Shown: positions 35,561 to 48,500 of the stretch, in pieces
Position numbering within the stretch: position 1 is the stretch's first letter
Layout: each line of letters begins with the position of its first letter
Source of the DNA: Squalus acanthias
Lineage: Eukaryota
Assembly (NCBI GenBank): GCA_030390025.1
Contig: CM059432.1
Span: forward strand, 91,142,001-91,206,000
Direction: 5' to 3'
DNA length: 64,000 nt
The notes under the pieces: generated by a model
Told to the model about the DNA's origin: nothing
Database searches by the model: none
Seen by the model: the letters and a program-made list of their open reading frames with translations, nothing else
Made by a program: the position numbers and the translations under genes

Positions 35561-36790
35561 ATGGGAATCATTTATTTCCTTTCATCCTGGTCCTCAGATT
35601 TGGAGGAGAAGCAGCCGCGGCTGCAGCAGAACCAGGCACAACAGCAGCACCAACAGCAGGAGCAACAACAGGAGCGCCAACCTGCTGCTCACCCACCTGA
35701 TGGTGCACAGGGCAGAAGGCGCCAGCGCAGGGAAGCACGTCGCCGCAGGAGATACCCCCCAAAAAAACAGGGTTTACAGGCTGAGGATGAGCTTCCTCAA
35801 CATGACTGAGCAGCAGTGCCAAAGGAGGCAGAGACTTTCGCGAGAGGTAGTCGGTGACATCTGTGCAATGCTGCACCAACACCTGAAGCCCAGAGGAGCG
35901 GGTGGACACCCCTTACCAGTGGCTGTCAAAGTCACCACTGCACTCAACTTTTTTGCTTCAGGCTCCTTCCAGGGATCATCAGCAGACATCAGCGGCATCT
36001 CCCAGTCGGCCGCACACACTTGCATCACACAGGTTACCGATGCTCTCTTTGCAAAGGCGCACAATTACATACACTTCTCCATGGATCAAGCAAGTGTAAC
36101 CACGCGTGCAGTTGGCTTTGCAAATATGATAGGCTTGCCAAGGGAGCAGGGCATCGTAGACTGCACACATGTGGCCCTTAAGGCACCCCATCACAACCCA
36201 GCTCTTTTTATCAACCGCAAGGGCTTCCACTCCCTCAATGTGCAGCTGGTGTGTAACCACAGGAAGGACATTTTGCATGTTTGCGCCAAGTACCCTGGCA
36301 GTTGCCATGACTCGTTCATCCTGCGGCAGTCTAGTGTGCCTCCGCTCTTCAGTCCGCCAAACCAACTTTGTGGATGGCTACTTGGAGACACGGGCTATCC
36401 CCTGAAGACGTGGCTAATGACACCATTCAGGAGGTCATCGAACGAAGCTGAGGAGCGTTACAACTCGAGCCACCTTTTGACCAGATCCATCATCGAGCAA
36501 ACCATCGGCTTGCTGAAGATGCGATTCAGATGCCTTGACAGATCAGGTGGAGCCCTGCAGTACTCAGCAGCCAGGGTCTCCAGAATCGTCGTGGTCTGCT
36601 GTGCACTGCACAGCATCGTGGCTTGCAGCTGCCTGAAGAACAAATGGCTCAGCACATAGCCTCCTCAGATGAGGAGGAGGAGGAGGAGGAGAACGAGAAT
36701 GAAGACCTTGCGGATGCGCATCAACCAGCTGCAGCAGCACACGAGAACATTGATGCAAGGGATGCACTCATCTTGGCCAGATTTGTTTAA
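35561..36790 (+). pseudogene. Harbinger DDE transposase (HARBI1-like, DDE_Tnp_4), two frameshifts
   Basis: [55 protein letters not shown] +1 insertion in the C/A run near 35760 and a deletion near 36617. Confidence 0.95.
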
Positions 36791-37048
36791 GTTGCCCATT
36801 CAAACACATGTGCCTGGCACCTTCTTACCACACCATAGACAATGGACACAAACCTGTGGCTTCCTATCACTCTGACCACCATCATGACAAAGACAATTCG
36901 CCCTGAGCCCTCAATGTGGAACTTCGATTTCCCAAATGACAGAGTCCAGAACTTCAACAGTTTGCCATCACTTCATTTTAATACATTGACTAAAGGATGG
37001 CATTTAACAATTAAACACAACAAAACACCCAAGTGACTACCCTTGTGA

Positions 37049-39045
37049 CTACTTGTGCTTTATCTTCCTCTTAGGCGTGCTCCTACGTGGTGCTTCCCCT
37101 GTGGCTTCAGCAGATGTTGAGGCCCCTTGCTCACTCTCATGCTGCTCCTGCTTCGACACCTTTGGCAGGGCGTCCTCTGGGGTTGCGAGCCTGTGAGGGC
37201 TCGCCAACAGTCTGCTCCTCCTGCGGCTGTGCAGGGGCTGAGACGCCCATCTCAGTTGGGTGAGGACTCTGGTGGGGCTCTGACCGAGGTATCCGCAGTG
37301 GCATGGGAGTGAGCGCGCTTGGAGAGGAGGCCCCACTTCCTTGTTCTCTGCCACCAACATCCCTCTCATGGGTCAGCCCCACTTCAGAGCTAGCAAGTGG
37401 CTTGACAGCACCTTGCTGCACATCAGGGTGGCCATGAGGACCCATTTCTGCACTGGCAGTCCTACTCCAGAGGACGTCCATGAAGCTCTGGTTTCTCTGA
37501 TCAATAGCTGCCCATCGCTCCGCCAGAGATATCAGTCTATTCTGAACATTCACCATGTTTTCCACACTCTGGCAACTTAGCTCCTCCATGGCCATAGCCA
37601 TCCTATCCTCTACCGTAGCCATTCTTTCCAGAGAGGTAGCCATCCTTACCATGGAGGTAGCCATCCTTTCCACGGAGGTTGCCATCCTTTCCGCGGTGAT
37701 GTGTTCATTCGCCAATGCCTCCACAAAGGCTCTGCTCATGTTAGCGTTGGACTCCTCCATCCGCTCCACACTCGCAGTGACCCTGGAGACAAAACCTGCC
37801 AGAGACTCCTGCACCTGTTCCTGGAGTTCCAGCACCACTCTCCTTCTGGATGGACCCGGAGGTACAGGGTCCACATGCAGCGGAGCAGAGCTGGGAGCAC
37901 CCTGCAGCCTCCGATGAGGACTCTCCACTGCTGTCCCTGTCTCCACCATCTGCTGATGCTCACTTGTGAGCTGTGATACACCAGGTGACAACACTAATCT
38001 ATGTACCGAAGGTCCCACCGAGGTGTGCGTATCTGCGCTGGTGCTGGGTGCGCTTAATTCTGCTGAGGCTGCACCCTCAGAGGTTGCAGGTTCCTCTGAG
38101 GAGTCTTCCAGCTCAGCCTCTTCCTCCTGGACAGTGGGGAGGGGGGCTGTCGATGGTCCTGTGGGGGAGTTAGACATGTAATATAAACGTAGCATGCACA
38201 TGGATTAGTGTAGATGATCATAACTCAATCTGTTTGAGCATCAGAAGCCATATCAGTCACTCATGCAATGTCAATGAGAGAGATGCAAAACTATTCTGTC
38301 ACCAGCTTGCTCTGATGTGCCCGTCTGTCCGTCCCCCACTTCCACATCCTCCTCGGCGCCAGTGATCTCTGGGGTCGCCTCCTCTGCGCTGGTAAGATGA
38401 GCTATTGAGGCTGGCCCTCCTCCGGTCTTCGCCCTTTCCCTCTTATTGTGGGCTCTCTTTTCCTGCAATGAGGGACACAAGTGGAGTTTGAGTGAGAATG
38501 ATGGAGTGAGTGTAGATAATCCATAGCATAGATGCTTAGAAGGACACAAAGATGGAGTGAGGTCCCAAAACTAAGGGCCCTCCCTGTGTGTCGTTAGTTG
38601 TTGTCATAGCATAACAGTGATAGGGAGTGTGAGGGCAGCATAGTAGAATAGTTAAGTGATTGTGCACATAGAGAGAGAGGGAATGGTTAAGGGTGCAAGG
38701 GATGTAAGGATAAAGTGGGATATGTAGGAGTAGGTTGAGAATGCAGAGTGATGGTGCTGAGAGGTGATGGGGAACAGAATGAGGGTAAAGGTGATGCTAT
38801 ACTCACTTTGCCTGTTCGTACAAGTTCATTGAACCTCTTTCGGCACTGCAGCCAGGTTCTGCTGCACATCGATCTGGCACTCACCTCCTGGGCAACTTGC
38901 AGCCACACAGCTTTGGTCTGCTGGGGAGGTTTTTTCCTCCCAGAGGAAGGAAAGAGCACCTCCTATTGTGCTCTGTCTCCCTCACCAGAGCATGGTGTGA
39001 GTCATCAGTAAAGCATAGTGAGGCCTTGGGCATTGAAGTCGACAT
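37049..39045 (-). pseudogene. Three-exon Myb/SANT accessory gene (39045-38807, 38462-38303, 38158-37049)
   Basis: GT-AG introns of phase 0 and 1 join in frame. W..VAQEV..RTWLQCRKRFNEL motif. One-nt frameshifts near 38960 and 37165. Confidence 0.9.
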
Positions 39046-40272
39046 TGCACTCGCTCCAAAAACTCTTTTCAACAGAAACAAACACAAACGTTTAGGCACA
39101 AAATGAACCAAGGCTGCTTGGAGCCCTTAAATGCAGCTGGAGAAATGACATCATCGGAGGCGAGTTTCAGGCCCAATAAACTAATTGGGCCAGGGGTTCG
39201 CACACGCTGGGAATCAATTGCCCAATTAGGGCAAAATCGCAATTTTTTTCCCGCCTGACAGCGGAGACGGGATCGGGACCCACCGACCACTTGACCCGTA
39301 CCCAACCCGCCACCAATAGCAAAATCGAACCCCACGTGTCCTGAGTTCTTATTTTCAGCTGTTATAATTCGATTAACTAATATATAAAAACAAATGTTGT
39401 TTATTGCAAATTGTAGCTCTTAAGTCTGAAATGTTATTTGCTTGTATAATGCGGCCCCTCCCGCAGATGGTGTGAAAAATGCATTGTTCGATAATTATCT
39501 GTTATCTTTGAAGAGCATAAATCCCATGTGTCCTCTCATCAATAATTTTCACCTGTTAATTCATTTTGTGTGAGGTAATAACCACAGCATAATAACAAAT
39601 GTGCAAGTACTCAGACTTTGCAATTAAAAACAGTGGGGGTTCCAATTTTGATCATACAGAATCTGACCATCAAACAAAACAATTCAAGCCTTGCAGGATG
39701 ACAGATGCCACACTGATGGCTCTACTAACTAACTGCCTGTCCTAAAAAAAATAATTGTCTTACTGCAGCCTACAGCTGCAAGTTATCTGATAGTTTCTAA
39801 CCTCCGAATGTAGAATACATGCAGTGCTTAAAGTACAAAAAGGTAATTTTACTTCTGAAAATGAGGCTCCTACAAGATGCAGTGACCCAGATGTTACTAG
39901 CGCGAGGAGCTGGTTGAATTGCTGAATAAATAACCTATCAAGATTTATGAGGGAGCTGCAATGTGTCACTTTCTGGATTGCCAGAACATTGAAAAAAATT
40001 CAATGTGCATGATTAGAAAAAAAAAATCAGATGAAAGATACCGTTCTGTGCAACTTGTTTTCACTGTGTTGCTTTTTAAAAAATAAATAATGTGTAAGGG
40101 TATTGCCGATTTTTGCAGCTGGATCTGAATTTAAAAGCCAGGAAATCCGAACTGGATTTCATTTTGTCATGTTCTATGCATTTCCATGGCTGAACAGTGC
40201 TCAGAGAAGAGTAATTATACTGTGTTATGCTGTAACAAAGCATCTACTGGTTAATTCATGTATAAATTATTG

Positions 40273-41014
40273 GGGGGGCGGCGGGGGAGAAATTCCTGGA
40301 AGGACCTTTGGGGCGCTAAGTCAAAAATGTTTGAAAAGTTAGCGCCAGGCGCTAACCTTTTCAAACATTTGAGAAATTCCCATTTTTTACTCCAAGAGGG
40401 AAGTGGAACGCGAAATCAAGTGCTGCACTTACCTCTTGGAGCGTAAGAGGTGGGGAATGTCCTGATCCGGGGTGATGTGCTCAGCAGCGCCATGTGTGGC
40501 CACGTGTGGCACTGCCGCATTGCAGGGGCTCTTCCCTCAATTAAAGGGAAGGGCTCCTCGCTGCGAGCTCTGCAATTTTTTTGGCATCTGCTGGAGCACC
40601 GGGGTGTGGGAGTGCCGCGCGATCAGCCCAACACTCAAGCTGACTGATCGCGGCACTCAGCCAGCGTCCGATGCTTAAAACGACGATTTTTTCCATGTTG
40701 ACCGGCCACCGCGCATTGAAATAGTGCCCCGCGAGCGGCCGGCCTCACTGTTCGCGCCCCCTGCAGCAGTCAGTAACATCGCCCGGTGCTGCTGCGGGGC
40801 GCAAGGGGAAATTTCTCTCCCGAGGCGCTATGCCCGGAGATGGCGTCAGGTGCAGAAGATCAGGGCGATACCCGCAAGTGCCGCCGCTAACCTCCCATGA
40901 AATTTTGCAGGGCGGCGCGGTTATCGCCTCGGGGGGGGGGGGGGGGGTTGAAAAGCCATTTGCGCCCAGTTAGTGCCTCCCACCAGAGGCGCAAACGAGG
41001 GGAATTTCGTCCCC
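40273..41014. mobile_element. GC-rich Harbinger-type MITE
   Basis: GGGGGAGAAATTCC ... GGAATTTCGTCCCC with TTG flanks. Shares GCCGCTAACCTCCC..AATTT with 7916-8522. Confidence 0.75.
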
Positions 41015-41824
41015 TTGGTCTTTTATGGAGTCATGGCAGGATTGAGTGCAATAGTAATCTGTTAATGCAGATATTCTGATAATTCAAAACATTCAGTTGT
41101 TTTCTGTGGAAATAAGGCTTTGCTTAGCCAATAGAATGTTCCTTCAGCAATGTGGTTGGTTTACTGATTCACAACAGAACTACATTTTGTAGTTATAATA
41201 ATACAAAATATATGGTTGAGAATGAATCAGAACTTTACAACTTTTTTTGCATTCTGTTTCCATTTGTTTTGCTACCCTTCGATTTGGGGCCATTTAAGGT
41301 ATGCAAGCCTTTACTCAGCATCCTATTCACCCAGCGTTACAGACTGGCCATACTGTGGCTTCCCTGGCAACACACGTTCAATGTAACCACAACTAGTACA
41401 TAAATACTGCTCTCGCCCTGAACTAGAAAATTTCATTCATTTTGCTTCTAATTTCCACCCTTCCCTCACCTTCACACGGTCCATCTCTGACTCTTCCCTT
41501 CCCTTCCTCGACTTCTCTGTCTCCATCTCTGGGGATAGGCTATTGACAAAACATTCACTATAAGCCCACTGACTCCCACAGCTACCTGGACTACACTTCC
41601 TCCCACTCCGTTTCCTGTAAGGACTCTATTCCATTCTCCGAGTTTCTCCGTCCCCGCCGCATCTGCTCTGACGATGCCACCTTCCGTACTAGTGCTTCTG
41701 ACATGTCTTCCTTTTTCCTCAACCGAGGATTCCCCTCTACTGTGGTTGACACGGCCGTTGACCGTGTCCGTTCTATTACCTGCACTTCTGCTCTCACCCC
41801 TTCCCCTCCCTCCCGGAACCATGA

Positions 41825-42450
41825 TACGGGTTCCCCTTGTCCTCACCTTTCACCTCACCAGCCTCCACATTCAACGGATCATCCTCCGCCATTTCCGCCA
41901 CCTCCAGCGTGATCCCACCACCAAACACATCTTCCCCTCACCTCTGCTTTCAGCATCCCGAAGGGACCCCTCCCTCCGCGACACCCTGGTCCACTTCTCT
42001 ATCGCCCCCAACACCCCTTCCCCTTCGCCCGGCACCTTCACGTGCAAGAGCAGGAGATGCAACACATGCCCTTTTACCTCCACCCTTCCCACTGTCCAGG
42101 GCCCCAAACACTCCTTCCAGGTGAAACAGCGATTTACTTGTACTTCTTGCAATTTAGTATACTGTATTCGCTGCTCACGATGCGGTCTCCTCTACATTGG
42201 GGAGACCAAACGCAGATTGGGTGACCGCTTTGCAGAACACCTCCGTTCAGTCCGTAAGGGTGACCCTGAGCTTCCGGTCGCCTGTCACTTTAATTCTCTG
42301 CTCCACTCCCACTCTGACCTCTCCGTCCTCGGCCTCTTACATTGTTCCAATGAAGTTCAACATAAGCTCGAGGAACAGCACCTCATCTTTCGATTAGGGA
42401 CTTTACAGCCTTCTGGACTCAACATCGAGTTCAACAATTTCAGACCATAA
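41825..42450 (+). pseudogene. Penelope GIY-YIG endonuclease region
   Basis: CxxxRCxTC linker, NLVYCIRC..LYIGETKRRLGDRFAEH, GLN end. Frameshifted from the upstream RT. Confidence 0.9.
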
Positions 42451-42729
42451 CCTCTGCCCCTATCATTTTTTTTCCATTTTGTTTTTCTCTCTCTCACATG
42501 GCAGCTGTTGATCTTTCAGCCATTGCCATTTACACTTCATCTAGAACCATCTTTTGTTTCTTAACTTGTCCCATTACCATCTCCTTTTGCCTTGCACCAT
42601 CATCCCTTTTGTCTCTTAATCTCTCCTGCCTTCCATCCTATCACAGACCGTCCCTTTTGTTCTTTCCTCTCCTCCCCCCTCTCCCTGCCCCTACACTTGC
42701 TTAAAAACCTGTTCCATCTCCAACTTTTT

Positions 42730-42771
42730 CCAGTTCTGACGAAGGGTCATCGACCTGAAACATTAACTCTG
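42730..42771 (+). ncRNA. Minimal type I hammerhead ribozyme motif (Penelope-associated)
   Basis: CUGACGA (42736-42), stem II GGUC/GACC, GAAA (42757-60). AGUU/AACU can form stem I. Confidence 0.7.
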
Positions 42772-43111
42772 TTTATCTCTCCACAGATGCTGCCTGACCT
42801 GCTGAGTATTTCCAGCATTTTCTGTTTTTATTTCTTGGGAGTTATTTCCTGGAACTATCATAATTGGTCCCTGACGACCACAAATATTTTCCTTTGCATC
42901 AGATATGACTCCGGCCACTGGAGGTTTTCCCTTGGACCCATTTGGTTGAAAACAATTCCAAACACTTCAGTCTTACCTGTAAAAAAAAAACTTTAGGGTC
43001 TCTCTCCTCTTGATACTGATTAATATATCCAGAGAGGATTGTTCCAGAATTAACTGAATAAAGCAGCCATTACATTGCCACACCAACTGAATGTCTAATG
43101 AACATAACACT

Positions 43112-45576
43112 TATTATAAAGCTGATTTTGAGGGGCTGAGAATAGAACTTGGGAAAATACAATGGGCAACAATATTGGCAAACAACAATGTAGAACAGCA
43201 ATGGGAAACATTTAAAACGGTGTTCAACAGAATGCAGGAACAATATATTCTGCTAAAAGGAAAGAACAAACTAAACAGTAATGAGACTCCATGGATGAAT
43301 AAAGCCATAAGGGAACAATTGTGGGTAAGGAAAGAGGCATACATTAAGTACATAGACAGCAGGGGAGTGCATGATAAGGGAGAATACAAAGAGATTAGGA
43401 GAGAAGTCAAATTAGAAGGCAAAGAGGAACAATTAAATTAAATTATCAAGGAACATAAAACAAAATAATAAAATATTTTACAGGCACATCAATAAAAAAA
43501 AAGGTTGGGATGGGAATAGGGACATTAAGGGATAGACAGGATGATACCACAGTTAATGATAGAGAGATGGCAGAAATATCAAATAATTATTTTGCTTACC
43601 AGGGAGATACAACAGGTGGACATGACATTGGATGATGAGATTAGTAATGAGATAAGTGCATTTAAAATAAAAAGAGGGGATATATTAAATAAACTAATCA
43701 AACTCAGGATAAAACCTCTGGTCTGGATGGATTGCATCCACGCATTTTAAAAGAATCTAGGGAAGAGATAGCAGAGGCATTACTATACTTATTTAATAAT
43801 TCGTTAGAAAAAGGTGTAGTGCCAGAGGATTGGCGGATAGCGTTATATCTATGTTTAAGAAGGGGGATAGAACATGTCCAGGGAATTATAGACCAGTCAG
43901 CTTAACATTGGTGGAAGGAAAAATAATGGAATCTCTACTAAAGGAGAAAATAGGAGAACATCTAGAAACCAAAAACATAGTAAGGAATAGTCAGCATGGA
44001 TTTCAAAAGGGAAAGCCTTGCTTGACCAACCTCATTGAATTTTTTGAAGTGGTAACAGAGAGAGTAGATAATGGTAATGCAGTAGCTGTAATTTATCTAG
44101 ATTTTCAAAAGGCGTTCGATAAGGTACCCCATAATAGACTGATGAACAAGGTCAGAGAATGCAGAGTCAGGGGACAAGTAGCAGAATAGATAGCTAGCTG
44201 GCTTCAAGACAGAAAGCAGAGAGTAGGGGTAAAAGGTAACTATTCACAGTGGCAGAAGGTGATTAGTGGTGTTCCACAAGGATCAGTGCTGGGACCACTG
44301 TTGTTCACAATTTATATTAACGATTTAGACTTTGGAATCAAAAACACAATTTCTAAATTTGCGGATGACACCAAATTTGGGGGGATAGTTAATACTGAGG
44401 AGGACTGCAACAAATTACAGGAAGACATTAATAAACTTGCAGAATGGGCATAAAATTGGCAAATGAAATTCACCACAGATAAATGTGAGGTATCTAGAAC
44501 TAGGGGGCATAGTTTCAGAATAAGGGGTCGCCCATTTAAGACGGAGATGAGGAGGAAATTCTTCTCTCAGAGGGTCGTGAATCTTTGGAATTCTTTACCC
44601 CAGAGAGCTGTGGAGGCGGAGTCATTGAATATATTCAAGGCGGAGATTGACAGACATTTGAACTACAAGGGAGTCAAGGGGTATGGGGAGAGAGCCAAGA
44701 TTGGATCAGCCATGATCTTATTGAATGGCGGAGCAGGCTCAAGTGGCCGATTGGCCTACTCCTGCTCCTGTTTCTTATGTTCTTATGTATTACATTTTGG
44801 TAGGAAGAATAGGGAGGTCACTTATTATTTGGAGGGTGCAAGTCTAGGTGGGGTAGAAGAGCAAAGCGATCTCGGAGTAGAAATACTCAAATCACTAAAA
44901 GTTGCGACACAGGTTAGCAAGACCATTAAAAAAAGCAAACCAAGCACTAGGGTTTATTTCTAGAGGGATAGAATTGAAAAGTAGGGAAGTTATGCTAAAC
45001 CTGTATCGAACCTTGGTTAGACCACACTTAGAGTACTGCGTACAGTTCTGGTCACCATATTATAAAAAGGATATAGAGGCACTGGAGAGGGTGCAGAGAA
45101 GATTTACAAGGATGATACCAGAAATGCGAGGGTATACATATCAGGAAAGGCTGAACAGGCTGGGTCTCGTTTCTCTTGAAAAAAGGCTGAGGAGTGACCT
45201 AATAGAGGTCTTTAAAATTATGAAAGGTATTGATAAGTGGAAACACTCTCTCTGTATCCACTCTGTGGGGAAGAGCATAACTAGAGGCCATCAATATAAG
45301 ATAGTCACCAAGAAATCCAATAAGGGATTCAGAAGAAACTTCTTTACCCAAAGTGGCGAGAATGTGGAACTCGCTACCACGAAGTGGTTGAAGCAAAAAG
45401 TATAGATGCATTTAAGGAGAGGCTAGACAAGTATATGAGGGAGAAGGGAATAGAGGGTTATGCTGATAGATTTAGATGAGGAAAGATGGGAGGAGGCTCG
45501 AGTGGAGCATAAATGCCGGCATGGACTGGTTGGGCCGAATGGCCTGTTTCTGTGCCGTATATCCTATGTAATCCTA
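43112..45576 (+). mobile_element. Degraded CR1 LINE (ORF2 pseudogene plus tail)
   Basis: NYRPVSLT, YLDFQKAFDKV, GVPQGSVLGP, FADD and RPHLEYC with stops and frameshifts. GGGCCGAATGGCC tail. Confidence 0.92.
44494..44786 (+). mobile_element. CR1 3' fragment nested in the older CR1
   Basis: RTRGHSFRI..FFSQRVVNLWNSLP and a (TTCTTATG)2 tail. GTAT direct repeat at 44490-93 and 44787-90. Host reads KCEV|LHFG. Confidence 0.88.
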
Positions 45577-48500
45577 TCTCTATAATAGCCTGCCTAGGAT
45601 CAGGATTTCGCTATGTGGAAAATAGGGGTTCCTTGTGTTCTTTCATGATGTGAAGAAGTGGTAATATATTATAGTCATATGTCACCGTGTTATCCTATTC
45701 AATTATTCATTGTTTTAATGTATTATATCTTAAGTTGCAAGGCATTTGGGTACACTTCATAATATATTATTCCAGGAAGAAAATTTATTTGATTCTATTT
45801 CAACAGCGATACACAAATAGATTATGTGCTTTATTTTTTTTAACCAAAGTGTACCACTAACTAAATTGGGATCTGAAATGACAAATTTGTTTCTTTAATG
45901 GAGTTTGAAATCCTGAGAAATGCTTTATTTACAAACATTGCTGAGCTCTCCTGCTATGCATCAATAGTCCCTGGTTCTTTGATTGGCAGCAACCATCAAT
46001 GAGGAGCAGAGGTTATTTGTGAATAAAATGCATTATGCAGGAGCTATATCTCTACCAAACATAATACGCTTTATATAGGAATGGGAGGAGTAAAGTCATT
46101 AATGGTAAACTCTCCCTCATTTTCATGATCATCTCCCCATTCTATCCCCAAGTCAACATCTTCCAGTCAATGTCCCTCATGGTTTGGGGCTCCATAGGGT
46201 GGATCTCCACTTGGATGGATTTCATCAATGTTAGTCCTTACTCTGGACAATCTATCCAAGACCAGCAAACTCCTTGCTCCATCCTCCTCTCCCTCAGGAA
46301 GCTTGAATGTGAATACAGTGAAGACTGTGATTTGGTTATGTCTCTAGATAAAGATTGAGTCCACTCGCATCATAGCTACTTGAGATATTCTACTGTTAAT
46401 GTATGAAGTTTTTTTTAAATTAACTCCACTTTATGCAAAAGAGAACTTTTGATATTTTCTAGCACTATTTTCACTCAACCTGGCAGATGAAAAGGAATAG
46501 TTAAACAAACAGGATAAAATAATAATAAAATAATAGGTTTTTTTTGAGTGCGAGGCTAAATTATTATGGATCATACTAAAATTTCATAATTAGCATTTCG
46601 ATTATTTTCAAATTCTGGTTTAGTAACAAAAATATTTTGTATACTCCAGGTGTTCAGTATCTTTTCCAGCATTACACTGGCTAGGATTATTAATCATCGG
46701 GGACGAAACTGCCCTGATGCTTCCTGTTTTCCAGTCCGTGCTCCACAGGTCACACTTCTCAATCTACTTCTAGTGTCAATCAGTCACATCCTTCACTGTA
46801 CTTCCACAGAATTTTAAAAAGAGCTGCAGAAAAATAACCTGCAACGACACTTTCAGAATCAGCTATTGATATTTCAGCAAGTGATTCGGCATACCAAAAT
46901 ACTGCGTAATATAAGACGGGTTACAATTTGTAAAATGTATAGCAATATCTTGTATCTCTTCTCACATGTTCAACTCCTTCTATCATTGCAAACTTAATAA
47001 TTACATTTCAAAAGAAATAGCTTCTGTAGCAACGCTGTTTTTTAAGAAGCAGTTTCAATTCAATGTACTGTTTGAAAAATGCTCTAACATCGTGCTATGC
47101 TAAATATAACCTGAAAAATGACAATTAACTCATTTTTAAAAAAATAGGCATTGACATACGATTTTTTAAAATCAGGTACGAGTAGCAATTCACTTAAATT
47201 AATGATTTTGTTTGTGGATATAAGCAAATCCTTACTGAGTACTAGCTTACAAAGCATAGGTGCCATCAAATATACTTTCATTGTACTCTTATAGTAGATT
47301 CAGGTAACCTTTGTTTTAAAGTCAAATTTCTTTTTGGTGCTTCATGTAATAATATTTGTAAGCTGCTCCTGCTCGCCAACCCTAGAGGCCTTGGAACTCT
47401 TTTGCACATAAAGTACATGTCATTAGCTTTGACTGTAACTTCTTAGCAAGATTGACATTTGTAACATGTGAACTGTATTGTGATATTTGCAAAGAAAAAA
47501 AAACCCTGTGTATATTTTCAAAATGTCAATCATTACTCATTTTGCAGGATGCTCACTCAAATCATCTTCCTGTCAGTCAGCCAGTCACATAACCAGCGTC
47601 AAATGTCCCTCAACTTTGACTTCATGCCAACATAAGACTTGGGGTCAAGCTTAAGTGCTCCCATTATGCTCTTGAACTCTGGACCTGGCCATATCAACAT
47701 GCACAGCTACACATGGTCATGCTGGGAGACTTCTCTGGGTATGTGCAGAATAGTCCAGGACACAGTGGGTGGTAAAAAGGCCATACTACTTGGAACATTG
47801 AATTGCAGACCTGTCAACACTCACTCCTTTTCAGTAGGAGTCATTCACTTTGCTTTAAGAATGTGACTTGCTTTAATGTATGTCACACTGAAAAATAATC
47901 AACACTAGTGGAAATTCCAATTGGTGGCGTTCACAAATGAATGCTTAATGTTCTCACATTCCATTGCTATGTGCACTATTTTTACGCAGGTGTTAATCTG
48001 GTTAAATGGGCTAATTCCTGTGGAATAGTAACACACACAGGAATGTAGTACAAGTATGTTAAGCCTTTGTATATAAACTTTATTGATCGGAATTTCTACG
48101 TGAATGGGCTTACAATCAATTTTACTCTTTTTAATCATAAATCTCACTTGTAACACAACCTCAATATTGTCAGCTCTGTTGAATTTCGACTTTAAGAAGA
48201 CAACAAAACCCTTAAGAATAGTCTCTGAATCATCTCAATAGAAATGGAACAGCTGTTTTTAGAGAGCCATGCTGTTCTCTTTGTCTTTCTTAAATAAACT
48301 GAATTGCTAATTGAGTCAGTCACTGTAACCAATAATCTCTAAACACCAAAATGCACAAGCAATGAACTGCCTTAATTAGTTCCTAATTAAATTATGGCAT
48401 TTAAATTATAATTTAATTACGCACAGTAACAAATGGCTCTTCGTGCATTAATCAGCCTCTTCAGATGGCCATATTTTGCATTGGCAAGTTTGTAGACTAC

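Larger units (their letters stand above)
35034..39332. mobile_element. Full-length PIF/Harbinger transposon (family A), 4.3 kb, inactivated
   Basis: TIRs AGGCTGGATTTT / AAAATCGAACCC and a CAC/CAC TSD (35031-33, 39333-35). Convergent transposase and Myb genes. Confidence 0.96.
41405..42836 (+). mobile_element. Penelope-like retroelement, 3' portion
   Basis: RT C-terminal remnant (YKPTDSHSYLDYTSSH), GIY-YIG domain and a characteristic 3' tail. Confidence 0.92.

Noticed and set aside
35750..35770. Programmed -1 frameshift at CCCAAAAAAAC in the transposase
   Set aside because: Joining the frames needs +1, not -1. A one-base homopolymer insertion or sequencing error is simpler.
35397..36659. Domesticated host HARBI1 and NAIF1 genes
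   Set aside because: Bounded by TIRs and a TSD, multi-copy within the window and frameshifted, so a transposon rather than the host loci.
46640..46850. Possible host exon with CAG/GT-like boundaries
   Set aside because: Translations are unrecognisable and no partner exons are evident.
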